Virus record (IMG/VR): IMGVR_UViG_3300033066_001917
Location: 1 to 64,000 of that record
Reading direction: 5' to 3' (one strand)
From: a virus
Lineage: Duplodnaviria > Caudoviricetes
DNA length: 64,000 bases
Position numbers and translations under genes: made by a program. The notes under the pieces were generated by a model that saw only the letters and a program-made list of their open reading frames with translations, was not told the DNA's origin and did no database searches. Of this stretch, positions 16,562 to 27,011 are shown piece after piece (the first letter of the stretch is position 1; each line of letters opens with the position of its first letter).

Positions 16562-17062
16562 CTATTTGGCTTCCCGAATTGCTTTCTGAAAAAGATCGGC
16601 ACCCTCCCGGGTTTTGAAAATACCGAAACCCGGGAGAGGAAGTAGGACCCACCACCCGTCCGGGGATTGGTACTTAGGGTTCACGTAGGACTCTCTAAGG
16701 TCCGTGTATTCCTTGGTATAAGGGGCTTTGGTGTCACCTAGTTCCGTTTCGAAAAACACCTGAGCGATTGGCCGGGCTGTGGGAGGGCCTACAAACCAGC
16801 ACGAGAAGTCACCGCATTTCAACTCGACGGGGTCTGGCCAACAGGAAGAGTCCATGATCCGTGTAAGAGCCTCCCGGGCGGTAGGAATTGCCCCCCGCTC
16901 ATATTCGGCGCGACCCATATACGCAAACTCAAAAAGAGAGGCCACCCCGAATGTATTCCCAGGTCGAATATCGGTATATCTCCACGGTTGATAGGTATCG
17001 GTCAGGTCTTCCTTGTGGTGAAGGTGTTGAACAAGTTTTGGGTACTCGGGGTGTGGGATCAT
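16562..17062 (-). CDS. conserved phage hypothetical protein
   Basis: F.F.YMG.AE.E.GA.P motif. Confidence 0.7.
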   Translation of the reverse strand: MIPHPEYPKLVQHLHHKEDLTDTYQPWRYTDIRPGNTFGVASLFEFAYMGRAEYERGAIPTAREALTRIMDSSCWPDPVELKCGDFSCWFVGPPTARPIAQVFFETELGDTKAPYTKEYTDLRESYVNPKYQSPDGWWVLLPLPGFGIFKTREGADLFQKAIREAK

Positions 17063-17919
17063 GGTGCGGTTACCCTATCATCAGGGAAAGTGATGTCAAT
17101 CATGCCTTGAATTGTGGCCGAGAAATCAGGGAGGGTGAAATAAGACAGATGAGCTTTCTCTCCAATATCCCGAAGGTTTTTAGCCAGAATCTTTTCCCCC
17201 CCCACCTTTTCCATAAGATCCATCAGGGACCCGTATCGAGAAGGAATACCCTCAACGTAGGCAATCATGAGGGGAATAAGGGTGGGGTTAACAATGGTTT
17301 TGTCCCATAGACTATGAAAAGTACCCCCGCAGATTTTTGTCCAACTGTAAATGTAAGGTGCGAACTGAAACAGTCTCTTGAACCCCACACTGCCTACGCG
17401 GGGAACACTAGGAAGAAGAAAGTCAACTTCAGAACGATCTGCCCACACAACATCCTTGTACGTGCCATCGGAATGCTTCTCGCATGACTTAGTAAGACCC
17501 ATCCGATTCCCACTAAGCCAAAACACTTTCCCGAAGTACCCAGCGTTAGGGCCGCTTTTGATCCACACCAGACACCCCTTACAGATGTGGGGGGTGTCAT
17601 TTTGCTCCAGGGGTAGATTTGGTCCACCATTCAGGAAAGCATCCACCTCTTTACGGAGAGCATCGGAGGCATCGGGAAGAAGCTCGGGGAAAGGGCTAGG
17701 ATTGCCCTCCCAGCTACTTGCCCGATCATTGCAGATGTCCAGAACCTCGAAAATCTTTTGGGTGGGATTCCAGACACGAGCACAGAGGATTGTGTAGGAT
17801 TTGGAAACAAAGGTGCCCTTCCGAGTGAACACCTCAAAAATGTAACCCGCATGGTTTTTACGAAAAGAGTCAACCTCTCTCCGATTGGTTTGAAGCTCGC
17901 TATCAGTTGCGTACCCCAT
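17059..17919 (-). CDS. hypothetical phage protein
   Basis: 286-aa ORF with GAGG RBS, CGATAT promoter, KOW-like G..GKVFW segment. Confidence 0.7.
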   Translation of the reverse strand: MGYATDSELQTNRREVDSFRKNHAGYIFEVFTRKGTFVSKSYTILCARVWNPTQKIFEVLDICNDRASSWEGNPSPFPELLPDASDALRKEVDAFLNGGPNLPLEQNDTPHICKGCLVWIKSGPNAGYFGKVFWLSGNRMGLTKSCEKHSDGTYKDVVWADRSEVDFLLPSVPRVGSVGFKRLFQFAPYIYSWTKICGGTFHSLWDKTIVNPTLIPLMIAYVEGIPSRYGSLMDLMEKVGGEKILAKNLRDIGEKAHLSYFTLPDFSATIQGMIDITFPDDRVTAP

Positions 17920-18213
17920 AGTTTACCTCAAACCCCATATCGACTGGACCGTGGGAAATCAAACCAAGTATAGGTTGAATCCGTTGTAGGTCCGAACCTC
18001 ATTCAGTTCAGGATCCCACTGCGCGAAGGTGTCCCCCGTCGCAGTCCCCACGGAATCCCAAGGATCCCCGGGCAACACGGGGTCGTCAAATCGTACGACC
18101 CCGTAGAACTGAAGAAGGTATGCAGCCCGCAAGGGGCATAGACCCGGAGCGAACTCCGCGAGAGCGAAACCAAATCGGGTGGCGGAAGCGGGATCCATAT
18201 CGGTCATAGGACC

Positions 18214-18579
18214 CTATTGATAACTATGAGCCAGAAAAGAGCAAGCATAAAAAAGCAAGGTGGATCCGAATCCCCAAAAGGTCGCAAAAACAAGGCTCTC
18301 CCAGAATGTGAGCTCTCTTTTGATCCCAAGGGTTTCCAAAACCCATTTCGTCGTTTCCTTATCCACCCGAAAAGGAACCAGGGATCCTGCCAGGATGATC
18401 AAACCGGAAGCGTGGGCAACCCCAATTGAGCGAACACCGAGTGGACCTACAAACCACGACCAAGCTTTGGTAAAAACCCAAGCTCGAAGCAGGAAATTGC
18501 AGAGGGGGAAAACAAACACCATGTAGATGAAGCCCCCCAATGCGGGAAGGCATCCGACATTTTCATTTTCTTGAGCCAT
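18214..18579 (-). CDS. membrane protein
   Basis: Three hydrophobic segments; W.WFV.P motif. Confidence 0.7.
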   Translation of the reverse strand: MAQENENVGCLPALGGFIYMVFVFPLCNFLLRAWVFTKAWSWFVGPLGVRSIGVAHASGLIILAGSLVPFRVDKETTKWVLETLGIKRELTFWESLVFATFWGFGSTLLFYACSFLAHSYQ

Positions 18580-18581
18580 AC

Positions 18582-19289
18582 TTATCCTTTTGATGGAACA
18601 GGTTTGATTTTGTTGTACGCGGCATAGGCCGCGCGAATGCAAGCTGTAGGTGAGGGTTGATGAGACTGAGCAACCACATTCTTTACCATGGGTGAGTCCG
18701 ACTCACCCCCAACGGCTGTCATAGTCCAATCATGATTATCAGAATCGTAGAGGGGGCCAAAAAGGTTTACTTTCAAACCATCCCTCATCTCATCACAATA
18801 GCGACGTAGCTCTGAGTCCCAGGCCCATTCCCGTATGTAGGAGGTATCTTTTTCCCCACGAACAAGGCGGAGAAATTCAACGGGTTTGAAATCCTCTGGA
18901 TTTTCCGGAACGGGAATACCTGCTTCTCGGCACAGGTCTCCGAAATGCATCCCAAGGGTCCGGTTCACGCGCTCGACGCCCGCAAGCTTCCTGCGCAAAA
19001 ATTCCGATTTGGTCTCCTCTACCTGAGCCAAAGGAACACTAGCCCGGGTTGCTAGACGCTCACGAATACGTCGAAGCGCCAAAGCCCGCTGTTCTTCCGT
19101 TAGGACAACCGGGGTTTCACCTTCCAGCTCACGAGCTACCTGGAGGGCGGCCACATCCAAGTGACTAAGCACACCAGGATTTCCAGCGTAGAAGCTTTCC
19201 AGTCGAAGCCTAGCAACTTCACTCTCAAGCCTAGTAACCGTATCGCGGTCTGCTTCGTTCATACTACAACTTACTGATGTGTATTGCAA
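18582..19289 (-). CDS. hypothetical phage protein
   Basis: 235-aa co-oriented ORF. Confidence 0.65.
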   Translation of the reverse strand: MQYTSVSCSMNEADRDTVTRLESEVARLRLESFYAGNPGVLSHLDVAALQVARELEGETPVVLTEEQRALALRRIRERLATRASVPLAQVEETKSEFLRRKLAGVERVNRTLGMHFGDLCREAGIPVPENPEDFKPVEFLRLVRGEKDTSYIREWAWDSELRRYCDEMRDGLKVNLFGPLYDSDNHDWTMTAVGGESDSPMVKNVVAQSHQPSPTACIRAAYAAYNKIKPVPSKG

Positions 19290-19518
19290 ACTGGTGGCAG
19301 GATTCTGAATTGTGTTCTTCGGAGAAGCTGGGGGCAGCTACCCACCATGATTAAGGCCAGACCACTTTCGAAATGAACCAACTTGCCTACTTTCCCATCC
19401 GCGAACACCCCCGTCCGGTCGGTAATTTCCACCATTGTGTCAGGCGGTAGGGATCGATCGTAGGCCCTCTGGAGTGCTTCAAGGAGATTCATAGTGCTAT
19501 AGGTTAAGGTCTGGGGTC

Positions 19519-19797
19519 CTACTTAATGGGGAGAACCATCCCATCCAGAAGGATAAGTTCCCAATCCCCACCCACGGGACTCAAATTCCATGAATACGGT
19601 TGGTCCGGACCAATGAAATAAAGGTATACGTGACCTTGGTATTCAGGGTGAGCAAGGAACATTTCCTTTACTTCTTGGAGTTTTTCGGTGGGGCCAAAAA
19701 CAATAACGTTGGGTCCGTTTATGTAACGGACCTCTACACCAGCAATTGAGGATACAAGCTGGGCACAATCAATTGCTGGTGTAGTCCGTAGGTTCAC
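19519..19797 (-). CDS. hypothetical phage protein
   Basis: GTG start overlapping the upstream stop (GTGA). Confidence 0.6.
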   Translation of the reverse strand: MNLRTTPAIDCAQLVSSIAGVEVRYINGPNVIVFGPTEKLQEVKEMFLAHPEYQGHVYLYFIGPDQPYSWNLSPVGGDWELILLDGMVLPIK

Positions 19798-20068
19798 GAC
19801 ACGGGGCGGTAAGCGGTCACAGTGTAGGTGTAAGGCTCTGAAAGGAACGCCCTTTCCCACCCACCATCACCGTAGCTAGAATACCAACCGATCAGCGAAA
19901 CGAGAATTTCTCCCCATCGTCGAGAGTAAATCGGAGTGTGAGACGGGATTCTCTACCATCACCGTCGTTTTCATCCTCTACGACTTCAACACCCTCGGTG
20001 TATTGGTAAGAGGCAATCTTCTCACAATCCGAATTTTCGATCATCGAAACGATTTCAGTACGGTTCAT
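19794..20068 (-). pseudogene. frameshifted third paralogue of the G.YSSY...W family
   Basis: MNRTEIV...DGDGR...DDGE continues after a -1 shift near 19905 as LVSLIGWYSSYGDGGWERAFLSEPYTYTVTAYRPVS. Confidence 0.7.
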
Positions 20069-20078
20069 CTCGGGCTCC

Positions 20079-20402
20079 TTATTTGCTTGCTACCTTACGA
20101 TATCTGGTCTCGGAATGGACATAGGACTCCGAGAAATAAACTTCGTGCCAATATGGGGAATCGTAGCTGGAGTACGTTCCACTCAAGGTAACCGTAAGAG
20201 TGTGGCCACCGTCCGGGAAGGTTACCTCATAAGTCTCAAACAGAGGGCGGCCATCCCCCATATTCAGACGGTGAACCCGATCCACGGCAACCGCCTCTTC
20301 TTCGGGCGTTTCAATATCACCTTCGTAATGGCTGATGAGATATCTAGCTACTTTATCGAAGGCGTTAGAATTTACTAGATTGATGAAGTCTTCGCGTCTC
20401 AT
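20079..20402 (-). CDS. hypothetical phage protein, paralogue A
   Basis: GTYSSYDSPYW.EVY.SE...H.ETRYRKV. Confidence 0.8.
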   Translation of the reverse strand: MRREDFINLVNSNAFDKVARYLISHYEGDIETPEEEAVAVDRVHRLNMGDGRPLFETYEVTFPDGGHTLTVTLSGTYSSYDSPYWHEVYFSESYVHSETRYRKVASK

Positions 20403-20428
20403 GTTACTCTCCTCAAAAATGGATGTGG

Positions 20429-20764
20429 TTAGGTGCCCGCCTTCTTGTAGCGAATTTCCGTGTGCTCATAAGGTTCGGCGAGAATGACCTTACGATATCT
20501 GGTCTCGGTATGCGTGACGGCCTCCGAAACATACGCTTCATTCCAGCAGGTACCATCGAAGCTGTCATAGTCCCCCTCAAGGGTCACCAGAAGATCCGGC
20601 TGGTTTGGAAAATGGAATTGGAGCGTCAGATATGAGGTACCATTTTCCCCATTACACTGATCCTGCACCGTCGTGATATCCTGTTCCGAAGTAGATTGAA
20701 GTTCGGCGATACACTTGGCGTTATTTTCCTTGACCCATTGGAGGATCTGTTCCCGTACGATCAT
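20429..20764 (-). CDS. hypothetical phage protein, paralogue B
   Basis: GDYDSFDGTCW.EAY.SE...H.ETRYRKV; shares 22 identical nt with paralogue A. Confidence 0.8.
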   Translation of the reverse strand: MIVREQILQWVKENNAKCIAELQSTSEQDITTVQDQCNGENGTSYLTLQFHFPNQPDLLVTLEGDYDSFDGTCWNEAYVSEAVTHTETRYRKVILAEPYEHTEIRYKKAGT

Positions 20765-21516
20765 GGCATGTCCTTGAGTTGATGTGAGATTTCCAGAAAT
20801 CGGTTTGTGAGTGGGTTCTTACGCGGGAGAGTCCAGAATGAATCGGACCAACGACGAATCACTTGATCGGCAAGCCATACCGGATGGAGACGAGTAACCA
20901 ATGCCCGCTGGGCATAGTGGAATGATGTCATTGGATCGTACTGATCGGTGAACCGTTCAAGTGAAATCACCAACGCTTCCTCCAACAGCACATCAATCTG
21001 CTCAGAATCCGTCAGCCCATTGAACAGGCTCTCGACCGGAAGCACCGATCCTGGTTCCGTGATTTTGAGATAGCTGGGAGAGGGGTTGAGCCACACATGG
21101 AGTTCATCATGGGGGACTTTCCGCTTGATATTATCGCGGAAAAAATCCCTGGGCAAAACACGAAAATCCGTGCGCTTTTTGTCCTTGTGTTTCACTTCCC
21201 AGAAGCTGCGAAGCTCTTGGAGGAAGCCCGGGAGAAGTTTGCACCCCTTACGTTGTAGGAACCGAATATCCGACATAACCTTACTCCAGGAAATGTCGTA
21301 GATAGCATGGCTTACCTTGAGGGTGTAAACCTCATCCGGTGTCATTTCCCGATGTGGGGAACACGGCAAATAGTGAAACTCCTCCACACCCACGACTGTA
21401 GGCGCACAATGTTCCGGGTCAAAAACGATCCAATCCACATCTAGCGGCTTACGGAAATCCGGAAAGTACCTCTGGATTAGTCGTGACCCGGTTAGATATT
21501 TCTCAATTTGCGCCAT
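20761..21516 (-). CDS. putative nucleotidyltransferase-like phage protein
   Basis: N-terminal hGS...R.P.DxD Pol-beta-like motif, YTLK.SH. Confidence 0.55.
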   Translation of the reverse strand: MAQIEKYLTGSRLIQRYFPDFRKPLDVDWIVFDPEHCAPTVVGVEEFHYLPCSPHREMTPDEVYTLKVSHAIYDISWSKVMSDIRFLQRKGCKLLPGFLQELRSFWEVKHKDKKRTDFRVLPRDFFRDNIKRKVPHDELHVWLNPSPSYLKITEPGSVLPVESLFNGLTDSEQIDVLLEEALVISLERFTDQYDPMTSFHYAQRALVTRLHPVWLADQVIRRWSDSFWTLPRKNPLTNRFLEISHQLKDMP

Positions 21517-21559
21517 GGTTTTCCGTGTATTGGAGGTTCAGTGTCAAAGGTAATACACC

Positions 21560-22354
21560 ATGTCCATCATTCTCGGTGGTGAAAAAATCCCAACCCCTGG
21601 CATTGAAACTATTTCCTGGTTGGACGACCCAAATGTTCCCAAGGCAACCGATGGGGCACGTAGAAAAAACTGGATCCGGGCCATTGTTCTCCACACTGTA
21701 AAAGGAAAACTCGGAGGGTTAAAGCCTGGAGTAAAATCAAGCACAAGAGCGGAAACCTACGCCACATATCAGGCCCACACGTCACGAGACGTGTCTTGGG
21801 ACTACACAATTGATACCGATGGCACGGTGGTTGTTAGCAACGACCCCATCGAAAAATATACGTGGCACGCCGGAGACGTGAATGGATTCACTCTCGGGAT
21901 TGAGTTGGTTCAAGACGAAAACGGGGATGTGTGGCAAGGACAAATTGATGCCACGGTCAAATTCCTTGACTTCGTCACCAGGGAACTTGCGAAAAGAAAT
22001 CACCCTATCCAGCGACAGGTTCCGATAACAGGGTCCGGGTCTCCCGTTCGAGGTGTGATAGCAAGAATTGAAAAGGACTCTGATGCCAAAAATGTGGTTG
22101 GCATTTATGGTCACAGGAATCAAACGAACAATCGTGGCCCGGGAGATCCCGGGGATCACATTTTCAACGCCCTGCTAAATGCTGGGTACAAAGGATTCAA
22201 TCTCGATGCCAAAGAAGATCTGGTGTTTTGGGCCTCAACCCAAAGACTCCTTGGGATTGAAAATCCGGATGGGGTTCCCGGACCAAAAACTGCTTTGGCT
22301 CTAAAAGCTGCCGGACATCCTCACGGTTTGTGGGTTACTCGTCCGGGAGATTGA
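21560..22354 (+). CDS. N-acetylmuramoyl-L-alanine amidase (Amidase_2) with PG-binding tail
   Basis: IVLHT, S.DY.ID.DG, WHAG..N...GIE, GH...DPG; DG.PGPKT. Confidence 0.9.
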   Translation: MSIILGGEKIPTPGIETISWLDDPNVPKATDGARRKNWIRAIVLHTVKGKLGGLKPGVKSSTRAETYATYQAHTSRDVSWDYTIDTDGTVVVSNDPIEKYTWHAGDVNGFTLGIELVQDENGDVWQGQIDATVKFLDFVTRELAKRNHPIQRQVPITGSGSPVRGVIARIEKDSDAKNVVGIYGHRNQTNNRGPGDPGDHIFNALLNAGYKGFNLDAKEDLVFWASTQRLLGIENPDGVPGPKTALALKAAGHPHGLWVTRPGD

Positions 22355-22862
22355 AAACATCGGAAGGGGTTTTCACAACAACGAAACCCCCTGAAACATT
22401 GTTTAGATTTTGGCCGTAAAGGGCCCCCATTCCGACAATAGCAACCAATTCCACGGTAGCGATTCCACCTCCTGCCACGTCAAATGTAAGGACAGCTTTG
22501 TAGCCGTCTCCGGCAATGCGTGGATTTGTGGAACACACTTCATCCAGCAGAAGGTCGTAGGAGACTTGTAGAAAAAGGCACCCACCAACTCGTTGGTTTT
22601 TCACACCCTCAACTAGATCCCGCAAAATTTTGGGTGCTAAGACTTGCGTTGCGAGCTCAAAAACATGACGGAAGGAGCTCGCCACCTCAACCATCCCTTC
22701 GCATTTTCGGGATATAGTGACGAAATCTTCTGTTTGAAACATCTCCCCACCTGCGGCAATTTGCTCCAGGATTACTTTTGCCCGTTGAGAGGAATATTCA
22801 TAAGCACACCACATTCGATGAGCATTACGAAGAGAATCAGGAATGGGGGGAATCAAGTCCAT
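22335..22862 (-). CDS. hypothetical phage protein
   Basis: 175-aa ORF. Confidence 0.6.
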   Translation of the reverse strand: MDLIPPIPDSLRNAHRMWCAYEYSSQRAKVILEQIAAGGEMFQTEDFVTISRKCEGMVEVASSFRHVFELATQVLAPKILRDLVEGVKNQRVGGCLFLQVSYDLLLDEVCSTNPRIAGDGYKAVLTFDVAGGGIATVELVAIVGMGALYGQNLNNVSGGFVVVKTPSDVFNLPDE

Positions 22863-23440
22863 GAGCTTGCCGTCTCAAGAAGGGAGCCACGCATCAATCG
22901 ATTGATTCTCTGAAATGCATCCGTCGCGGTTGATACCTTGGTGCACGTATCAAACCCATCTAGAAGAACCGTCCCTATTTCCGGGACATAGAGAAAATGA
23001 AATGTTGTGGCCTCCCCAAGCCAATGGATATGTGGAACGTTAAAAATAGCCGCAAAATAGTCCCCAGTGAGGTTAGGTCCATCCTTGAAGTTGACCACCT
23101 CTTTGACTTTTACAGTCAATTGAGATGAGAAATTTGGTCTGTAGCCTTCGGGCAAACCTTGCCGAACCATCTCCGCAACTTCGTTAACCAAACCAGTAAA
23201 GGCACTCGGAGCTTCTCGACTAACACACTCCGCAATCTCTCGATCCACAAGAGGTCCGAGTCTAGCAATGGACTCAAAAATCCCCACAGCCCTCGCGATG
23301 TCTTCAGAAGTAGCTACCTGCGGAATGAATTTCACCGTAAGCTTTTCCGCCAGACTCAGAATCGCCAACGAAACTTTTGTGTCGTTGGCCACAGAATCCC
23401 GCTTAGACAGAAGATGCTGTAGATAAGGACTATAGGTCAT
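22853..23440 (-). CDS. hypothetical phage protein
   Basis: 195-aa ORF, CGTAA motif upstream. Confidence 0.65.
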   Translation of the reverse strand: MTYSPYLQHLLSKRDSVANDTKVSLAILSLAEKLTVKFIPQVATSEDIARAVGIFESIARLGPLVDREIAECVSREAPSAFTGLVNEVAEMVRQGLPEGYRPNFSSQLTVKVKEVVNFKDGPNLTGDYFAAIFNVPHIHWLGEATTFHFLYVPEIGTVLLDGFDTCTKVSTATDAFQRINRLMRGSLLETASSWT

Positions 23441-23472
23441 GCCGGGTGTTACGGAGCACCATGGACTTACGG

Positions 23473-24252
23473 TTAGAGAATTTGACCTATAAATCTCAAA
23501 GTAGCTTCATCAAGGATTCCGGTAGGGGGGAGTCCTTTTGTGGCCTGGAACGATTTGCATTTGGCCTGAGACTTTGGACCCCAGGCACCATCGGGATCCA
23601 ACCCAAGTTTTAGCTGTGCCCAAATTTCAAGCACTTCTTGCACCAAATACAAATGCCCGGACACAGACTTGTGAATTCTATCCGGGTCACCTTTTGCACG
23701 AAGAGCAATGAGCTCTCTAGTTCGCACACTACCTTTGTACCCGGCTAAGATGAGCTCTCCAAACCAATGATGATTCCCATAGGGATCTTGGGACCAGAAA
23801 ACTTCCCCCGTTGTTTTATATCGGTGGGAGGAGTCAACAGTTCGTGGTCGGGGGATGAATCTATCAACCCACTCCAGGAAAAAGTCATTTAGGGTTGGGA
23901 AAGTTCGATAGAAGCACCAATCGGGATCCCCGCTATCTACATTCCCCCGGGCTTTCCACCAAGGAGGGTCGACGTTATGCTCCTTTTTGTATGCTTTGGC
24001 ATAGGAGGATGTGATTTTCCATCCCCCCGCATTGTTGTGATAACAGGCTCTCCCCCAGCCAGTCTCCACCACTGCATTAGAAGCTATCTCCGCTGCACGA
24101 ATGGGATCAAATGTGAGGAGTAGACTAGACATACACGCACCCACAAAAGCAGCTTTTGTGGGGTAGGTGTATGAAAGTTCTAGGGATTTCTCAGCCGACT
24201 GCGAGAGCCATGCGGGGGGTCCGAGGTAGGGTCCGGTGCTTTTTCTGGGCAT
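23473..24252 (-). CDS. glucosaminidase/FlgJ-like muramidase with PG-binding domain
   Basis: A.VETGWG...NN.GG.K...R.F...AGY; DG.WGPKS...FQ...GL..TGI.D..T. Confidence 0.8.
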   Translation of the reverse strand: MPRKSTGPYLGPPAWLSQSAEKSLELSYTYPTKAAFVGACMSSLLLTFDPIRAAEIASNAVVETGWGRACYHNNAGGWKITSSYAKAYKKEHNVDPPWWKARGNVDSGDPDWCFYRTFPTLNDFFLEWVDRFIPRPRTVDSSHRYKTTGEVFWSQDPYGNHHWFGELILAGYKGSVRTRELIALRAKGDPDRIHKSVSGHLYLVQEVLEIWAQLKLGLDPDGAWGPKSQAKCKSFQATKGLPPTGILDEATLRFIGQIL

Positions 24253-24282
24253 GTCTCACCCTACCCGGCACGTAATAGAGGG

Positions 24283-24579
24283 ATGATCTATGCCCTGACC
24301 GCGATTCGTGACAAACTACCCCTAGCCACAAGATGTTGGGGCTATGAGCTCACCGAAGAAAAAGCAAGAGAATCAGCCCTCAAAGCCAACGATATCTTTT
24401 TCGAAAGTGGGTATTACACCCACCTTGTAGTGGAGAGCATTGAACCCGGAGCATGGGCTTTTCCACAAATCATCGCTTGGTATAAAGCGGATTTTGCACC
24501 GGATACCCACGAATACAAAATAGAAGAATGTGAATGTCCGGAAGTTTGGAAAAACTGTATCAGTTTTTCCATGGGGTGA
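24283..24579 (+). CDS. conserved phage hypothetical protein
   Basis: RCWGY...DI.E.GYY...VVE...G motif. Confidence 0.75.
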   Translation: MIYALTAIRDKLPLATRCWGYELTEEKARESALKANDIFFESGYYTHLVVESIEPGAWAFPQIIAWYKADFAPDTHEYKIEECECPEVWKNCISFSMG

Positions 24580-24862
24580 GAATGTCATCTCTCATTCCAA
24601 TTAAAGGAGAGGTTGAAGCTCGGGAACCACCAAAAGATCGGGCGACTATCGCCAATCTCCTAAAGATCCCACAAGGTAGACCAGCTCAATATCGAACAGA
24701 TGGGAACGGGGGGACATGGTGGTTTTGGAAAACGGGTAGGGATCTGAGAAAGCGAAATATTAGGGCGAAAAAATGGTATAAACATAACACACCACACAGT
24801 GAGTATGTTTATTTTGAGGGACCCGTTTTGTATCTTTCAGCCAAAGAAACTTACTCCGTGCT

Positions 24863-26038
24863 TTACTCTGTGCTTCGGTGAGGGACGGATGAAAGCACCA
24901 TCCCGAGTACGGACCAGTCAACCCCCACCCCAGTAATCTGACGAAGGGTTGTAACGAAGGGGTAGATCATTTCATCCTCTTCCGCTACACCTTTGACTTC
25001 CGAAGACCTTTCAATAGAGAGAAGCTCCTCATCCGTAAGCTCAACCCGAAATAGATCAACCCGGTGGGTAGTGAAGGTAGGGAAGACCTGCCTAGACCCA
25101 ACAGGTAAAAACCGTGAGGGATCTATATCCAGGCCAACTTCTTGGGACACCTCATCCACGGCGGTAGAAAGGGGGGTGTGCCCATCTTGGAAATTGGACC
25201 CACTAGGGAGTTCACACACCATGCCTTCTTCATTGTTAACGTTTGGACGAAATTCTCTAACAAGAACAAGCTTCGTGTCTTCCCACACCTCTTGAACAGG
25301 ACCATGCAGAACAATAGCTGAAACCGGAGGCCGTCCGGTCACAATTTCTGTGTCCTTTATTCTGTGCTCTCTAGCGACCCAAATCTTAACGGACAACCCC
25401 CAAGAAAAGAGATGTTTACTGGGGAGCCAGTGAGTATAAACGACTCGTCCGGAAAGAAGACGGTTACCAACGTTCTCCAACCGTTCCAACCATCCGCGAA
25501 ACTCCGGTGTGTTATAGACATGGAGGGGAATGGTGGCTGAACCATCTGAGCGTAGGGTCGATCCACCAAAGAATTGGATCCTCTCTATCGCATGTTTGAG
25601 GGTTTCCCGCAAATCTGTATTCGTACTGGCGCGGTACTTATTTGCGTAGTACCTCTGATATCGAACGGCCATAGCTCCCGGTGAGGTACCCAGAACTACT
25701 TTCCCGGAATGCTTCCAGAACCCCCATTCATCATTTGTAGTTAGACCCAGCATTTTCGGGAACTCTCGAGGTATCCAGAAAACAATAACGTCGGCACGAT
25801 TAAGCGCCTCCTCTTCCCACTCCACTTGATCCCGCCATTTATCAAGGTCATCACCATCCCATTTCCCATCCGATGATTCCGGAACGTAGACGAGGCCCTC
25901 AAAACCCAACTCACGAAGAATGGCTAGGGCTTCGGGCCTCCAAGATGGGGTTTGATCATCTCTGGGTGTTGGTCCGCATAGCATGATGCTACTCGTCGTT
26001 TGTTGTGGGAAAGATTGGCGAGCATATAAAACTTCCAT
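24863..26038 (-). CDS. nucleoside 2-deoxyribosyltransferase-like domain fused to Nudix hydrolase
   Basis: L.GPTPR...SWR...QVEWE...AD.I.FW.PR...TTN.E.G; C-terminal LVREFR...ELPSG degenerate Nudix box. Confidence 0.8.
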   Translation of the reverse strand: MEVLYARQSFPQQTTSSIMLCGPTPRDDQTPSWRPEALAILRELGFEGLVYVPESSDGKWDGDDLDKWRDQVEWEEEALNRADVIVFWIPREFPKMLGLTTNDEWGFWKHSGKVVLGTSPGAMAVRYQRYYANKYRASTNTDLRETLKHAIERIQFFGGSTLRSDGSATIPLHVYNTPEFRGWLERLENVGNRLLSGRVVYTHWLPSKHLFSWGLSVKIWVAREHRIKDTEIVTGRPPVSAIVLHGPVQEVWEDTKLVLVREFRPNVNNEEGMVCELPSGSNFQDGHTPLSTAVDEVSQEVGLDIDPSRFLPVGSRQVFPTFTTHRVDLFRVELTDEELLSIERSSEVKGVAEEDEMIYPFVTTLRQITGVGVDWSVLGMVLSSVPHRSTE

Positions 26039-26086
26039 GCGGTGGTTACGTTCCTGGGTGGTGAACCGCCAATAAAATAAGACAGC

Positions 26087-26995
26087 ATGATTTGCACGCT
26101 ATGCAACCAAAAGGAAGCAGCCAGGAGTTGGTGTGTTGAATGCCGACGATCCTACATGAAAAATTACAGGCTCAACCACAGAGAGCATTTGGACGAAACC
26201 AACAAAAAATGGAGGAACGAACGTCGCGAATACATCGCGATGTATAGGGACAAGAGGTTCAGAACACCTTTTGGTCGGTGTGTCACTTTGACACGCGCAG
26301 CCCGAAAACGGGCCAAGAAAAGAAACCTACCCTACGACCTGGACTACGAGTTCATCTACGAGATGTGGGAAAAACAAAATGGTGTCTGCGCTATGACGGG
26401 AATCCCATTCAACATCGAAAATAAGGTGAAAAGAAAAGCCCAGCCTTTTGCACCTTCGATCGACCGGATTGACCCCAGCTTAGGATACATCAGGGAGAAT
26501 GTTAGATTAATTTGCTACGTGGTGAATTGCTGTCTACATGATTTCGGGGAGGAGATTTTCTGTGCCCTAGCCCGTAATCTGGTTGAAGGAAAAGCAAAGG
26601 TCCCTCATCTGGCTGTTTTGAACGATCCAACCATGGATCAAATCTATGCAGGCTCTTTCAGCGGGACCGTGACCGCACTCCATCATAGCGCAATGAAACA
26701 CGCGAAGCAGAGAAGCCTACCCTGCACGATAACCAAAAATTTCGTGGCAAGTATGCTGGGTCACGGAACCTGCTCCGTGACCGGAGTGAAATTCGATTTC
26801 AGAATGCTGGGGCGGAAAAAAGCCAATCCTTTCAGACCATCTATTGATCGAATTGACTCGAATGTTGGATACATCCCAACGAACGTCAGGTTGGTTTGCG
26901 TAGCTGTGAATTTTGCCCTGAACGAATTTGGGGAAGGTGTTTTCCAGCAAATTTGCGAATGCTATCTGCGGAGACTTCCTGTAGGAAAAGGATGA
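26087..26995 (+). CDS. HNH/endonuclease VII-like homing endonuclease with duplicated nuclease domain
   Basis: Two copies of C..TG..F...PSIDRID...GY...NVRL.C..VN. Confidence 0.85.
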   Translation: MICTLCNQKEAARSWCVECRRSYMKNYRLNHREHLDETNKKWRNERREYIAMYRDKRFRTPFGRCVTLTRAARKRAKKRNLPYDLDYEFIYEMWEKQNGVCAMTGIPFNIENKVKRKAQPFAPSIDRIDPSLGYIRENVRLICYVVNCCLHDFGEEIFCALARNLVEGKAKVPHLAVLNDPTMDQIYAGSFSGTVTALHHSAMKHAKQRSLPCTITKNFVASMLGHGTCSVTGVKFDFRMLGRKKANPFRPSIDRIDSNVGYIPTNVRLVCVAVNFALNEFGEGVFQQICECYLRRLPVGKG

Positions 26996-27011
26996 CGCGC
27001 GTAGAGTATGT

